A DNA stretch of 64,000 bases, taken from Candidatus Latescibacterota bacterium (GTDB lineage: Bacteria; Latescibacterota; UBA2968; UBA8231). The stretch is from positions 704,001-768,000 of the forward strand of contig OY730476.1 of the NCBI GenBank assembly GCA_963422735.1, read 5' to 3'. The notes under the pieces were generated by a model. The model worked only from the letters and a program-made list of their open reading frames with translations, was not told the DNA's origin and made no database searches. The position numbers were made by a program, and so were the translations under genes. Below are positions 19,257-28,461 of this stretch, piece after piece (the stretch's first letter is position 1; each line of letters opens with the position of its first letter).

Positions 19257-19598
19257 TTGACGAAAGCTGATATCGTGCGTCTAATCGCCGAGGGGACAGG
19301 GCTTACCAAGACGGATACTGCGGCTGTTGTCGAGGGCTTTATTGAATCCGTAGTCGAGGCTTTGGGACGGGAAGATCACATTGAAGTTCGCGGTTTTGGC
19401 ACCTTCAAAGTCGTCGAGCGAGCACCGCGCACAGGTCGCAATCCACGCACGGGTACCGAAGTAAGAATCGCCGGTCGCAAGGCCCCGACATTTAAGCCTT
19501 CAAAGGGACTGCGGGCGCGTGTCAATGGGGAAAACGTAGAGAACAAAGGTCCAGGAGACAAAAAAGATGCCCTGTGGCAGGAAGAGAAAGCGGCATAA
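19257..19598 (+). CDS. hup: HU/IHF-family DNA-binding protein
   Basis: MTKADIV, GFGTFKV and RTGRNPRTG. Confidence 0.92.
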   Translation: MTKADIVRLIAEGTGLTKTDTAAVVEGFIESVVEALGREDHIEVRGFGTFKVVERAPRTGRNPRTGTEVRIAGRKAPTFKPSKGLRARVNGENVENKGPGDKKDALWQEEKAA

Positions 19599-19662
19599 GA
19601 TCGCTACGCATAAGCGCAAAAAGAGACTGCGCAAGAATCGACACAAGAAGAAGAATATCTAG
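19567..19662 (+). CDS. Small basic protein MPCGRKRKRHKIATHKRKKRLRKNRHKKKNI, bS22/mS38 (AURKAIP1/COX24-domain) ribosomal protein
   Basis: Hand-translated 31 aa with upstream AGGAG; matches the Bacteroidota-type MP.GKKRKRHK.ATHKRKKR pattern. Confidence 0.85.
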   Translation: MPCGRKRKRHKIATHKRKKRLRKNRHKKKNI

Positions 19663-19668
19663 ACTAAG

Positions 19669-19745
19669 GGGCTAATAGCTCAGCTGGATAGAGCGCCGGT
19701 CTCCGGAACCGGAGGTCCCAGGTTCGAATCCTGGTTAGCTCACCA
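19669..19745 (+). tRNA. tRNA-Arg(CCG)
   Basis: Cloverleaf GGGCTAA/TTAGCTC, anticodon loop CT-CCG-GA, GTTCGAATC, CCA end. Confidence 0.95.
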
Positions 19746-19778
19746 TTTTGTCGCCAGAGTATGGTCGGATAATTGAGT

Positions 19779-19856
19779 CGGGGTGTGGCGCAGCCCGGCT
19801 AGCGCGCTTCCTTGGGGTGGAAGAGGTCGCTGGTTCAAATCCAGTCACCCCGACCA
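19779..19856 (+). tRNA. tRNA-Pro(GGG)
   Basis: CGGGGTG/CACCCCG stem, loop TT-GGG-GT, CCA end. Confidence 0.95.
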
Positions 19857-19897
19857 TTTTTATATTTTATAAGATCGCAGCTTTTGCTTGTCCATGT

Positions 19898-19975
19898 CGG
19901 GGTGTAGCGCAGCCCGGCTAGCGCACCTGCTTCGGGAGCAGGGGGTCGCCGGTTCAAATCCGGCCACCCCGACCA
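19898..19975 (+). tRNA. tRNA-Pro(CGG)
   Basis: CGGGGTG/CACCCCG stem, loop TT-CGG-GA, CCA end. Confidence 0.95.
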
Positions 19976-19977
19976 CC

Positions 19978-20023
19978 AATTAAGTCCCTGTGAGCTTTTG
20001 ACTTACAGGGACTTAATTTTTTT
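19978..20023 (+). terminator. Rho-independent terminator after tRNAs
   Basis: AATTAAGTCCCTGTGAG..CTTACAGGGACTTAATT followed by a T tract. Confidence 0.85.
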
Positions 20024-20035
20024 ACAATACGAGAT

Positions 20036-21127
20036 ATGGCTTTATCCATCGGCATAATCGGCTTGCCCAATGTAGGTAAATCAACGCTCTTCAACGCGCT
20101 AACAGGAGATGGAGTCGAGGTATCTAATTACCCATTTTGCACAGTGGCACCCAATGTGGGTACCGTCGGGGTCCCGGATCCGCGATTAGAGGGGCTGAGC
20201 GAGGTTATACAGCCGGAATCCACAACGCCTACGAGCATCCGCTTTGTCGATATTGCTGGATTGGTGCGGGGCGCGAACCAAGGGGCCGGATTGGGTAACC
20301 AATTTCTCGCCCATGTCCGAGACGCCGATGCCCTAGTCCATGTGGTGCGCTGTTTTGACGACGCACAGATAAGCCATGTAGATGGGGCGATTGATCCCTT
20401 GCGCGATATTGAGACCATTGAAACGGAGTTGCTACTCGCTGATCTGGCGGTCATGGAAAAGGCCGTGCCCTCTCTAGATAAAGTGGTCCGCTCTGAGCCG
20501 CGGAGTACGCGCACACACGAGTTGGCGGCCTGTGCCAAGGTCTTAGAAGGATTGCAGCGCGGAACGGGCGCAGCGGCGATGGGGTTGACTATAGAAGAAA
20601 AGGACGCGCTCGCTCCGTATCGCTTGCTGACAGCAAGGCCGGTGCTTTATGCGGCCAATATCGGGGAAGCGGAGGCCGATCCACTAGGGCCATGGGTGGA
20701 TCGACTGGTCGAGAGCTATGGAGCGGATCAAGTGCTGGTCGTCTCGGCGCAGCTTGAAGCGGAGATGGCTGGTCTGAGCCGGGAGGAGAGAGCGGAGTTC
20801 GTCAGGGAATTGGGGCTGGAGCATGGGGGGGTAGAACGATTAGTCCAGGCCGGATACAAACTGCTGGATCTGATTACCTTCTATACGCTCGCCAACGGCA
20901 AGCTGCAGGCTTGGCAGTTCCCGCGCGGGGAAAAGGCATCGCGAGCGGCCGGGCGGATCCACACGGATATGGAAAAGGGGTTTATCCGCGCCGAACTCGC
21001 CTCCTGCGATCAGCTGCTCACTATGGGTGGGTGGGCACCGCTGAAAGCGGCCGGGCAATTGCGGAGCGAAGGCCGGGATTACACCATCGCCGATGGGGAC
21101 GTCATCACCTTCCTTTTTAAGGCTTGA
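20036..21127 (+). CDS. ychF: Ribosome-binding ATPase YchF
   Basis: GLPNVGKSTLFNALT, NYPFCT, DIAGLV and GRIHTDMEKGFIRAE. Confidence 0.93.
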   Translation: MALSIGIIGLPNVGKSTLFNALTGDGVEVSNYPFCTVAPNVGTVGVPDPRLEGLSEVIQPESTTPTSIRFVDIAGLVRGANQGAGLGNQFLAHVRDADALVHVVRCFDDAQISHVDGAIDPLRDIETIETELLLADLAVMEKAVPSLDKVVRSEPRSTRTHELAACAKVLEGLQRGTGAAAMGLTIEEKDALAPYRLLTARPVLYAANIGEAEADPLGPWVDRLVESYGADQVLVVSAQLEAEMAGLSREERAEFVRELGLEHGGVERLVQAGYKLLDLITFYTLANGKLQAWQFPRGEKASRAAGRIHTDMEKGFIRAELASCDQLLTMGGWAPLKAAGQLRSEGRDYTIADGDVITFLFKA

Positions 21128-21525
21128 GACTCAGAAGAAAGCGCGGAGCGCTAGGCTTAGTATAGCGGCGTTGTCCTAGTCGTCCTGGGGAACGCTTTTT
21201 TTGTATTTTAAAACGCGCTGGCGGTGAGATTGGGGGTTGGGGGTCAGGAAGCTATCGAGGCCAATCGGGACGCGGCTTCTCTCGTCCTCTGCGGCTCGGT
21301 CGTACGGCAGGCTCGGCTTGAGCGGCGTGCGACTGCGGCGGCAAAGACCCAACAAACGCGACATCGCAGTTCTGTGAGAAGTACGCTAAAAAAAGGCCAA
21401 ATGCGAGGGAGCATCAGGCATATAAAGCAGTATAAAAACAAGGAATAGAGTAGCTTGACTGAAGGTGTTGGGTCGCCTATCTTCTGCCGTCTAAACAAGA
21501 GCGAAACAGACCAATAGGACGCGCC

Positions 21526-21807
21526 TTGGGCATGATTGAAACCCTCGGCTGGGTGGCTATGGTCGAAGCGGCAGAAGCCATGGTCAAAGCCGCTGAGGTC
21601 GAGGTGGTCGGCTGGCAGCAAGTAGGCGGCGGGCTGGTCTTGGTCGTCGCCCGCGGAGATGTGGCCGCTGTGCGCGTAGCTACTGAGGCGGGTGCCGTGG
21701 CCGCGGCGAGCGCGGGTGAAATAGTCGCACTCAGTATCATTCCCCGGCCGCATGAGAGCACGGAAGCTGCGTTGCCCCTAATCCGCCCTCCGGCGACTGC
21801 ATGTTAA
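21526..21807 (+). CDS. Bacterial microcompartment shell protein (BMC-H); start uncertain
   Basis: (A)LGMIET.G, AAEAMVKAA, RGDVAAV and IIPRPH. Confidence 0.9.
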   Translation: MGMIETLGWVAMVEAAEAMVKAAEVEVVGWQQVGGGLVLVVARGDVAAVRVATEAGAVAAASAGEIVALSIIPRPHESTEAALPLIRPPATAC

Positions 21808-22631
21808 TTTGGGCAAAAATCATCTTGGCAACGGCCCTGATCGGCTGGGCCGCATGGTACCTCGAACCGGCTGCCCTACTTGCGGCCGCTGGGCAGGTCG
21901 GTAGGGACAAAGTGCTTATCTGCGGGGCGATTGCCCTAGTAGGCATCGGCGTGCAGTGGATTAAGTGGCAGTTGTTGTTGCGCAACCAAATCCCCAACGT
22001 CAATGGGCAGGATGCGCTCTATTCGTTGTTGGGCGGCGCAGCCCTCGGTCTGGTGACACCCAGCCGTTTAGGTGAGCTGGGGCGCGGCGTTTTCTTGGGG
22101 CGGAGCCGGGCCAAGGCCGCGTTGCTGACGGCCGTGGACAAGCTGAGTTCGGCCGCGGTCACGTTGGGATTGGGGGCCGTAGCTGCATGGATTTTATGGC
22201 CCCATCTCAGGGGCTTTTTGCTGTTGCTATTCTGCATTCTCGGCGCGCTGCTGTATTGGGGTTGGTGCCGCCGGGAAGCGAGCGGGCCGGTTGCATGGGG
22301 GGCCATCGCCGGGTTATCCGTCTTGTTCAACATGGTATTCATGGCACAATTTTTTTATTTGGTAACCACCAGTGTGGGCACCGACTCAGCGGTTGTGTTG
22401 GCGGTGCCGGTGGTATTTGCCCTGAAAACCCTGTTGCCCTTGGGATTTTTGGATCTAGGGGTCCGCGAGGCGGCGGCCATTTTGGTATTTAGCAGCCTCG
22501 GCTTAGAGCCGCAACCCGCTTTTGTGGCCAGCATCTTGATTTTTGTCTGCAATGTGTGCTTGCCGGCTGGCTTGGGATGGCTGTGGATTGGTAGCCGCCG
22601 ACTGCGGACGATGAGAAAGGTCGCCTTATGA
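21801..22631 (+). CDS. Lysylphosphatidylglycerol synthase-domain / flippase-like membrane protein
   Basis: KWQLLL, TPSRLGELGR and LGVREAA. Confidence 0.75.
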   Translation: MLIWAKIILATALIGWAAWYLEPAALLAAAGQVGRDKVLICGAIALVGIGVQWIKWQLLLRNQIPNVNGQDALYSLLGGAALGLVTPSRLGELGRGVFLGRSRAKAALLTAVDKLSSAAVTLGLGAVAAWILWPHLRGFLLLLFCILGALLYWGWCRREASGPVAWGAIAGLSVLFNMVFMAQFFYLVTTSVGTDSAVVLAVPVVFALKTLLPLGFLDLGVREAAAILVFSSLGLEPQPAFVASILIFVCNVCLPAGLGWLWIGSRRLRTMRKVAL

Positions 22632-23350
22632 ATTCGGCGTATGCGATAAAAAAAGAAATATGCGAAGTAGGGCACAGAGTCTATCAGCGAGGGTACGTAG
22701 CGGCCAATGACGGCAATATCAGCGTCCGTATAGAGGACGACCTAGTGCTATGTACGCCGACCGGGGTGAGCAAGGGCTATCTGAGCGCAGACATGCTGGC
22801 CACCTGCGATATGGAGGGCCGGCAAGTAGCGGGCGCGAAGAAAATATCGTCGGAAATCCGCATGCACCTCGAAATCTACAAGTTACGGCCCGATGTCCGC
22901 GCAGTCGTTCATGCGCATCCGCCGACAGCGACCGGTTTTGCCGTCGCTGGCATTGAGCTGACTCGGTGCGTATTGCCCGAAGTCATCGTCAGCCTTGGAG
23001 GGATTCCACTCGCGGACTACGGCACGCCCGGCGGCCCCGATATCGTCGAGCCGATGAAGCCGCTTTTGCGGCAATACGACGCTGTTCTAATGGCCAATCA
23101 CGGAGTGGTAACCGTGGGCCAACACGTCATGGACACCCATTTCAAGATGGAGACCGTCGAACACTTTGCCCAAATCGCCTTGGTGGCGCACCAACTCGGC
23201 GGGATACGTACGCTTGGAGGTAAAGATGTGGAAGATCTCACAAACCTGAGGGAGCGCTTTGGAATTGGGGATCGGCCGTCCTGCGAGCCGGCCGGAGAAA
23301 GCGATATAGTCGAGCGGATTACCGAGGAAGTCCTGCGCCAACTGCGCTAG
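22628..23350 (+). CDS. Class II aldolase (fuculose/rhamnulose-1-P aldolase-like) with C-terminal amphipathic helix
   Basis: AANDGNIS, SSEIRMHL, VVHAHPP and LMANHG; tail DIVERITEEVLRQLR. Confidence 0.88.
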   Translation: MNSAYAIKKEICEVGHRVYQRGYVAANDGNISVRIEDDLVLCTPTGVSKGYLSADMLATCDMEGRQVAGAKKISSEIRMHLEIYKLRPDVRAVVHAHPPTATGFAVAGIELTRCVLPEVIVSLGGIPLADYGTPGGPDIVEPMKPLLRQYDAVLMANHGVVTVGQHVMDTHFKMETVEHFAQIALVAHQLGGIRTLGGKDVEDLTNLRERFGIGDRPSCEPAGESDIVERITEEVLRQLR

Positions 23351-23373
23351 CTCAGGACGCGATGTGAGGAAGT

Positions 23374-24378
23374 ATGAGGTTTATAGGACTGATCGCCGCT
23401 GTAGCTGTAATAGGGATAGCAACTCCGGCGAGCGGTCAAGACATCGTCGAGGCGGTCCAGCACGGAGACTCCCTGTTGGCGCAGGGGCTTCCTAAGCAGG
23501 CGTTAGTTGAATACGAAAAGGCGCGCGAACTGGGTGCTGGCAGCGCGATGTTTCTCAATCGCTTGGCCAGCCTCTACATGCAGACCGGCGGCTATAAGCA
23601 GGCGGCTGAATCGCTGCAAGAATCACTCGCCGAAGACCCTAGGCAGCTACCCGTATATTCGGCGTTGGGGGAGGCCTTTTTGGCCATGGGCCAGCTAGAT
23701 TCGTCTATTTTTTACGTTGAACAAGCGAGTATTCTAGCCCCTTCCTCAACTAAAGTCCACAGCACCCTTGGTTATCTCTACATGCAGTCCGGGCAGAGCG
23801 AAAGGGCGCGCGAACGCCTTGACCGGGCCTTGGTACTGGACGACAAAAATTCGGAAGCCTATCGCCTATATGGATATTACTACGCGCAAAAAGACTCGGT
23901 AAATCGGGCCATTGAATACTATCAAAAGTTGGCGGGATTATCGCCGGAGAATGTCGAAGCCTACAACAACATCGCGTTCCTTCTCGCCGAGGCCGGGCGC
24001 TATCCCGAAGCGCTCGAGTACTACAAATTGGCTAAAGACCGGGCGCAGGATCCCTACCTAGCCCAGGCGGTCGCGGCCAAAATCGAAGAGATGCAGGCGA
24101 TTATGGCCGGTGAGATGCGGGTGCGCTACATATTGGTCGAAACAGAAGCGTCCGCACTTGAAGTCCTCGAAAAAGTGGCTCAAGGAGCCGATTTTTCTCA
24201 GCTAGCGCAGCAGCTTTCCATCGCGCCCAACGCCAGTCAAGGCGGGGATTTGGGGTTTTTTGGCCTAGGCGAACTCATGCCCGAAATTGAGGGAGTCGTA
24301 GTGCAACTGAAAGTTGGAGAAATAAGTCCAGTCGTGGAATTACCCATGGGGTACATCGTAGTACAGAGATTGAACTAA
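23374..24378 (+). CDS. Exported TPR protein with PpiC-type peptidyl-prolyl isomerase domain
   Basis: Signal peptide, TPR repeats, FSQLAQQLS..GGDLGFF. Confidence 0.8.
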   Translation: MRFIGLIAAVAVIGIATPASGQDIVEAVQHGDSLLAQGLPKQALVEYEKARELGAGSAMFLNRLASLYMQTGGYKQAAESLQESLAEDPRQLPVYSALGEAFLAMGQLDSSIFYVEQASILAPSSTKVHSTLGYLYMQSGQSERARERLDRALVLDDKNSEAYRLYGYYYAQKDSVNRAIEYYQKLAGLSPENVEAYNNIAFLLAEAGRYPEALEYYKLAKDRAQDPYLAQAVAAKIEEMQAIMAGEMRVRYILVETEASALEVLEKVAQGADFSQLAQQLSIAPNASQGGDLGFFGLGELMPEIEGVVVQLKVGEISPVVELPMGYIVVQRLN

Positions 24379-24541
24379 AAATAAAATAAGTCGCGGCCAG
24401 GGCACCCGTAGATGCACCTGGCCGCTGGGAGGGATACGAACCATGACCGGAATGGCTCGCATAGATTAAACGCTCCGAGCAGAGAAGGGTTCCACGTTAA
24501 TAATATTTTTTGAATGTTCAATATTTCCAGAGGCAGCAAGG

Positions 24542-25015
24542 ATGAACGCGGATGACTTGCGCGATGTGGCGGAGCGGCTCGAAGCCTTGGAATCGCTGGC
24601 CAAGCTGTTCGGAAATTCATGGCTCGATTACGCCAAGAACCAGATACAGGACGAAAAAATAAGAGCGTATCTGACGGTTTTTGACGATGCCTTTCCCGGG
24701 ATGGAGCACGTCGTCGAATTTGTGCGCCAAAATGCCCAAGCACTCGCTGCAGGGGAGGGTGTCCAAGAAAATTTTGCTAAATTGGCACAGGTGCTTTTAC
24801 AGCGAGAAATCGACGACGAGGGTTTTATCACAGCAGAGAGCGACGCGGAAGTCGTGGAAGAGATCGCCGCGCCCGAGGAAGAGGACACCACCAGTGCAGA
24901 CGCCGAGGAGAACATCGAGGCCGTACTCGACGACGAGCAAGAGGACGCAAGAAAACCGACGAGCGATGAAGAAGAGTTGAAAAACGAGGACGAAATAAAT
25001 GCCCTTTTTGGCTGA
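24542..25015 (+). CDS. Hypothetical protein with acidic C-terminus
   Basis: 157 aa; D/E-rich tail ending DEINALFG. Confidence 0.6.
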   Translation: MNADDLRDVAERLEALESLAKLFGNSWLDYAKNQIQDEKIRAYLTVFDDAFPGMEHVVEFVRQNAQALAAGEGVQENFAKLAQVLLQREIDDEGFITAESDAEVVEEIAAPEEEDTTSADAEENIEAVLDDEQEDARKPTSDEEELKNEDEINALFG

Positions 25016-25050
25016 ACAAGCCCTGATTCATCCCAACAGAGCGAGTTGGC

Positions 25051-26415
25051 ATGCCCTATTCCTATAATGCTTGGTTCCAGTGTATCGATTGCGACGACGA
25101 GCACTATCCGCTAAACGAAATAGTCTATCACTGTCAAAAATGTGGGGGGCTGCTCGAAGTACGTCACGATATGGAATCCTTACAGCAGCGCTCAGGCGGC
25201 GAGTGGCGGGCGCTGTTTGATCAGCGCTACATGAGTTCGGTACATCCTTATGGGAGTTCGGTTTGGGGCAAGAAAGAGATGGTTTGTCCCCTCGTCGGAG
25301 ACGAGAACGTGGTCTCCATGTACGAGGGGGGGAGCAATCTGCTCTGGGCCGAGCGCTTGGGTGCCGAACTGGGTATGGAGGATCTGTGGATAAAGCAATG
25401 TGGCAATAGCCACACGGGTTCGTTTAAGGACCTAGGCATGACCGTATTGGTTTCCATGGTCAACCAGATGATTGCCGAGGGCCAGTTTATACCCGCGGTG
25501 GCCTGCGCTTCAACCGGGGACACTTCGGCGGCGTTGGCCGCGTATTGTGCAGCCGCCGGCATTCCGGCGATCGTGTTGTTGCCCAAAGACATGATCTCCA
25601 TTGCCCAACTCATCCAGCCCATAGCCAACGGTGCACTGACGCTCGCTTTGCGCACCGATTTCGACGGGTGCATGGCCTTGGTGCAGGAAATCTGTCGCCG
25701 CGACCAAATCTATCTGGCTAACTCAATGAATTCGCTCCGCATTGAAGGGCAGAAGACCATAGCGATTGAGCTGTTACAGCAATTTCACTGGGAGGTCCCC
25801 GACTGGATCATTATTCCAGGCGGCAATCTAGGCAATGTCAGTGCCTTGGGGAAGGGGTTTATCGAGGGCAAGGAAATGGGGCTTATAGACAAGCTACCGC
25901 GCATTGCCGTCGCCCAAGCAGCCCAAGCCAATCCGCTCTATCTCAGTTATCTCGACGGGTTCCGCACCTTTGAATCGCAAACAGCCCGCGACACCTTGGC
26001 CAGCGCCATAAAGATCGGCAATCCCGTAAGCAGGGAGCGGGCCATTCGCACCTTGCAGCACTTCGACGGCATCGTCGAAGAGGCCACGGAGGACGAATTG
26101 GCCAACGCCTGTGCAAGGGCCGACCGCAATGGACTATTCACCTGTCCACACACGGGCGTTGCCTTGGCCGCGCTGAGCAAAATGATCGCAGCCGGGCACG
26201 TCGAGTCCAAGAGTCGGGTGATCGTAATATCCACGGCGCATGGGCTGAAGTTTCCGGATTTCAAGGTGAAGTACCACGAAGACCAACTGCGGGAGCTCCA
26301 TGTCGAGCCACAGCATCGCAACGTGCCCATTGAGATCGAAGCCGAATACGAAGCCGTGCATCGGGTCGTCCTCAAGGCCGTAGAGCAGCGGACGCTGGCC
26401 ACTGCCCGCCACTGA
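25051..26415 (+). CDS. thrC: Threonine synthase
   Basis: HTGSFKDLGM, CASTGDTSAAL and PGGNLGN. Confidence 0.93.
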   Translation: MPYSYNAWFQCIDCDDEHYPLNEIVYHCQKCGGLLEVRHDMESLQQRSGGEWRALFDQRYMSSVHPYGSSVWGKKEMVCPLVGDENVVSMYEGGSNLLWAERLGAELGMEDLWIKQCGNSHTGSFKDLGMTVLVSMVNQMIAEGQFIPAVACASTGDTSAALAAYCAAAGIPAIVLLPKDMISIAQLIQPIANGALTLALRTDFDGCMALVQEICRRDQIYLANSMNSLRIEGQKTIAIELLQQFHWEVPDWIIIPGGNLGNVSALGKGFIEGKEMGLIDKLPRIAVAQAAQANPLYLSYLDGFRTFESQTARDTLASAIKIGNPVSRERAIRTLQHFDGIVEEATEDELANACARADRNGLFTCPHTGVALAALSKMIAAGHVESKSRVIVISTAHGLKFPDFKVKYHEDQLRELHVEPQHRNVPIEIEAEYEAVHRVVLKAVEQRTLATARH

Positions 26416-26428
26416 AAGAGCAAACACA

Positions 26429-27616
26429 ATGAACCGCACCGACGATGGTTTTGCAGGAGAATCGACCCGTTCCGTACACGGGGGCGTGGAACGAGATAAG
26501 TTCGCCCAGTCCCTCATTGACCCCATTGCCCAGACGGCTACCTATACTTTTGCCGATCTAGATGAATTTGCCGCCTTTAAGGCCGGCGAAAAGTCGCTCT
26601 ACGAATACGGGCGCTATGGCAATCCGACCCAACGGGCAGCCGAGCGCAAAATAGCTGCCCTAGAAAACGCCGAAGCCGCCTTGCTCTTTTCATCGGGCAT
26701 GAGCGCGATTACCTCGGTGCTCTATGCGATGCTGCGCAGTGGGCAACACTTGGTACTCATGGAAGATTGCTATCGCATGACGGCCAAGTTCTGCGAGATT
26801 TTGGCCAAATTTGGCATTGAATCCACCCTAGTTAAACCCGGTGATATGGATTCGTTGGCGGCTGCGGTGCGTCCGGAGACCCGCTTGATCTTTACTGAGT
26901 CCCCGACCAATCCCCACCTGCATGTCCTCGACTTGGAACAGCTCGTCGCTTTTGCCAAACAACGGCGTCTCAAGGTTATCATCGACAGCACCTTGGCTAC
27001 GCCAGTCAATCAGAGGCCGCTCGATTTCGGGGTTGATCTGGTCATCCACAGTGCCACCAAATACCTCGGCGGGCACAACGATCTGATGGCGGGTGCCGTC
27101 TGTGGCAAGGCTCCTTTAGTCGAGGCCATTGGCGAATACCAACGAATCACTGGCGGGATCGTTGATCCCAATACCTCGTATTTATTGATCCGGGGGTTAA
27201 AGACGCTCGCATTGCGCGTTCTGCGGCAAAACGATACAGCCCTGACGATGGCCCGGTTCCTAGCAGATCATCCCAAAGTTCGCCAGGTCTTTTACCCGGG
27301 GCTCGAAAGCCACGTTGATTATCTCGTCGCCAAAGAGCAAATGCGCGGTTTTGGCGGGCTAATCAGCTTTGAGATCGATGGCACCCTCGAGCAGACGCGG
27401 GATTTTGTCCATCGTCTAGCCGTGCCTTATATCGCGCCGAGCTTGGGGGGGGTGGAGACGCTGGTCTCGCATCCGGCGACCGTTTCCTATCACGATTTGA
27501 GCCGGAAGGAGCGGCTAGCCATTGGCATCACTGACCAGTTGGTGCGCTATGCTGTGGGCATTGAGGACGCCGCCGAACTCGTCGGCGATCTAGAGGGGGC
27601 GCTTGCGGAGGTCTAA
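26429..27616 (+). CDS. metB: Cystathionine gamma-synthase-family PLP enzyme
   Basis: YGRYGNPT, ESPTNP, HSATKYLGGHND and SLGGVETL. Confidence 0.85.
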   Translation: MNRTDDGFAGESTRSVHGGVERDKFAQSLIDPIAQTATYTFADLDEFAAFKAGEKSLYEYGRYGNPTQRAAERKIAALENAEAALLFSSGMSAITSVLYAMLRSGQHLVLMEDCYRMTAKFCEILAKFGIESTLVKPGDMDSLAAAVRPETRLIFTESPTNPHLHVLDLEQLVAFAKQRRLKVIIDSTLATPVNQRPLDFGVDLVIHSATKYLGGHNDLMAGAVCGKAPLVEAIGEYQRITGGIVDPNTSYLLIRGLKTLALRVLRQNDTALTMARFLADHPKVRQVFYPGLESHVDYLVAKEQMRGFGGLISFEIDGTLEQTRDFVHRLAVPYIAPSLGGVETLVSHPATVSYHDLSRKERLAIGITDQLVRYAVGIEDAAELVGDLEGALAEV

Positions 27617-27620
27617 GGGA

Positions 27621-28049
27621 TCAGAAATTCAAGTTGGCCAAAAGCGCGGTCCAGGGCAGGGAGGCGACTTTGCGGTACAGATCGCTGTCGCTGGTCACGG
27701 CTTGGCAGCGGAGATGGGCACCTAAGGCAATGAAGCCGGCGGCGTACATGCTGATGGAATGCTCAAAGGCGATTTGAGTGGCTTTGCGGGTAATTTCGGG
27801 ATTGTAGGGCACGATATCCAAGTGCATGTACTCCAAGCTGGCCAAGGCGTCGTCGATATGGGTCCGATCGAATTGTCGGCTTTCCTTGAGGACATGGGCT
27901 AGCTCGTATATAGACTGGTCAAGCACGGTTAGCTCGACCCTTTCCGCTAGCTGCTCTTGGCGGAGTCCAAGGGCCTTGTGGGTATCCACATCGTGCGCTG
28001 GAGAAAACCACCTCAACATAACGGAGGTATCTAGCGCGTAGCGAATCAC
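27621..28049 (-). CDS. PIN-domain (VapC-like) toxin
   Basis: LDTSV..W, YEL..VL and VTSD..L; GTG start overlaps the antitoxin stop. Confidence 0.8.
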   Translation of the reverse strand: MIRYALDTSVMLRWFSPAHDVDTHKALGLRQEQLAERVELTVLDQSIYELAHVLKESRQFDRTHIDDALASLEYMHLDIVPYNPEITRKATQIAFEHSISMYAAGFIALGAHLRCQAVTSDSDLYRKVASLPWTALLANLNF

Positions 28050-28303
28050 TGCGCTTGCCGTTCCGCACGCAGTATCTTGAGAGGATCCCAGGGTAGTGCC
28101 TTTTTGCGCAGACTGTCTTGGAGGGTCATTCCGTGTTCGATAGCTGCCTGTTTCCGCTGGTACTCGTATGTTGCTTCCCTTTGTTGGCAGTACGCCATAA
28201 AGGCCAATCGAAGGAGTTTGCTGCGGCTTACACCCTCCTGCTGTGCAACTTGATCGATGCGTTCGAGCAGATCGTCCGGCAGCATGATATTTACGCGCGC
28301 CAT
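28046..28303 (-). CDS. Ribbon-helix-helix (CopG/VapB-like) antitoxin
   Basis: RVNIMLPDDLLERID..A..GVSRSKLLR. Confidence 0.8.
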   Translation of the reverse strand: MARVNIMLPDDLLERIDQVAQQEGVSRSKLLRLAFMAYCQQREATYEYQRKQAAIEHGMTLQDSLRKKALPWDPLKILRAERQAQ

Positions 28304-28461
28304 AAGCCTCTTTCCTTGCACCGCCTACGGCGGCGAGAAGGATATTATCGCCTAGCAAGCGGGCGTAAAGCTGCCAAGTTAGCTTTGGACCAACGGGCTG
28401 TCAAGGCGGCCCTCTTGCCTTAGTTTTGGCCGGTCTTTAATGTTACAATTGGGATTAGAGC

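Noticed and set aside
19851-19878. Left-arm-like GATCTTATAA (minus strand) next to the tRNA-Pro 3' end
   Set aside because: No right arm; probably AT-rich spacer DNA.
19779-19975. Near-identical repeats
   Set aside because: Explained by two tRNA-Pro isoacceptors; not att sites or CRISPR.
21128-21460. Short ORFs (62-74 aa) on both strands between ychF and BMC-H
   Set aside because: No recognisable motif or SD; cannot choose a real frame.
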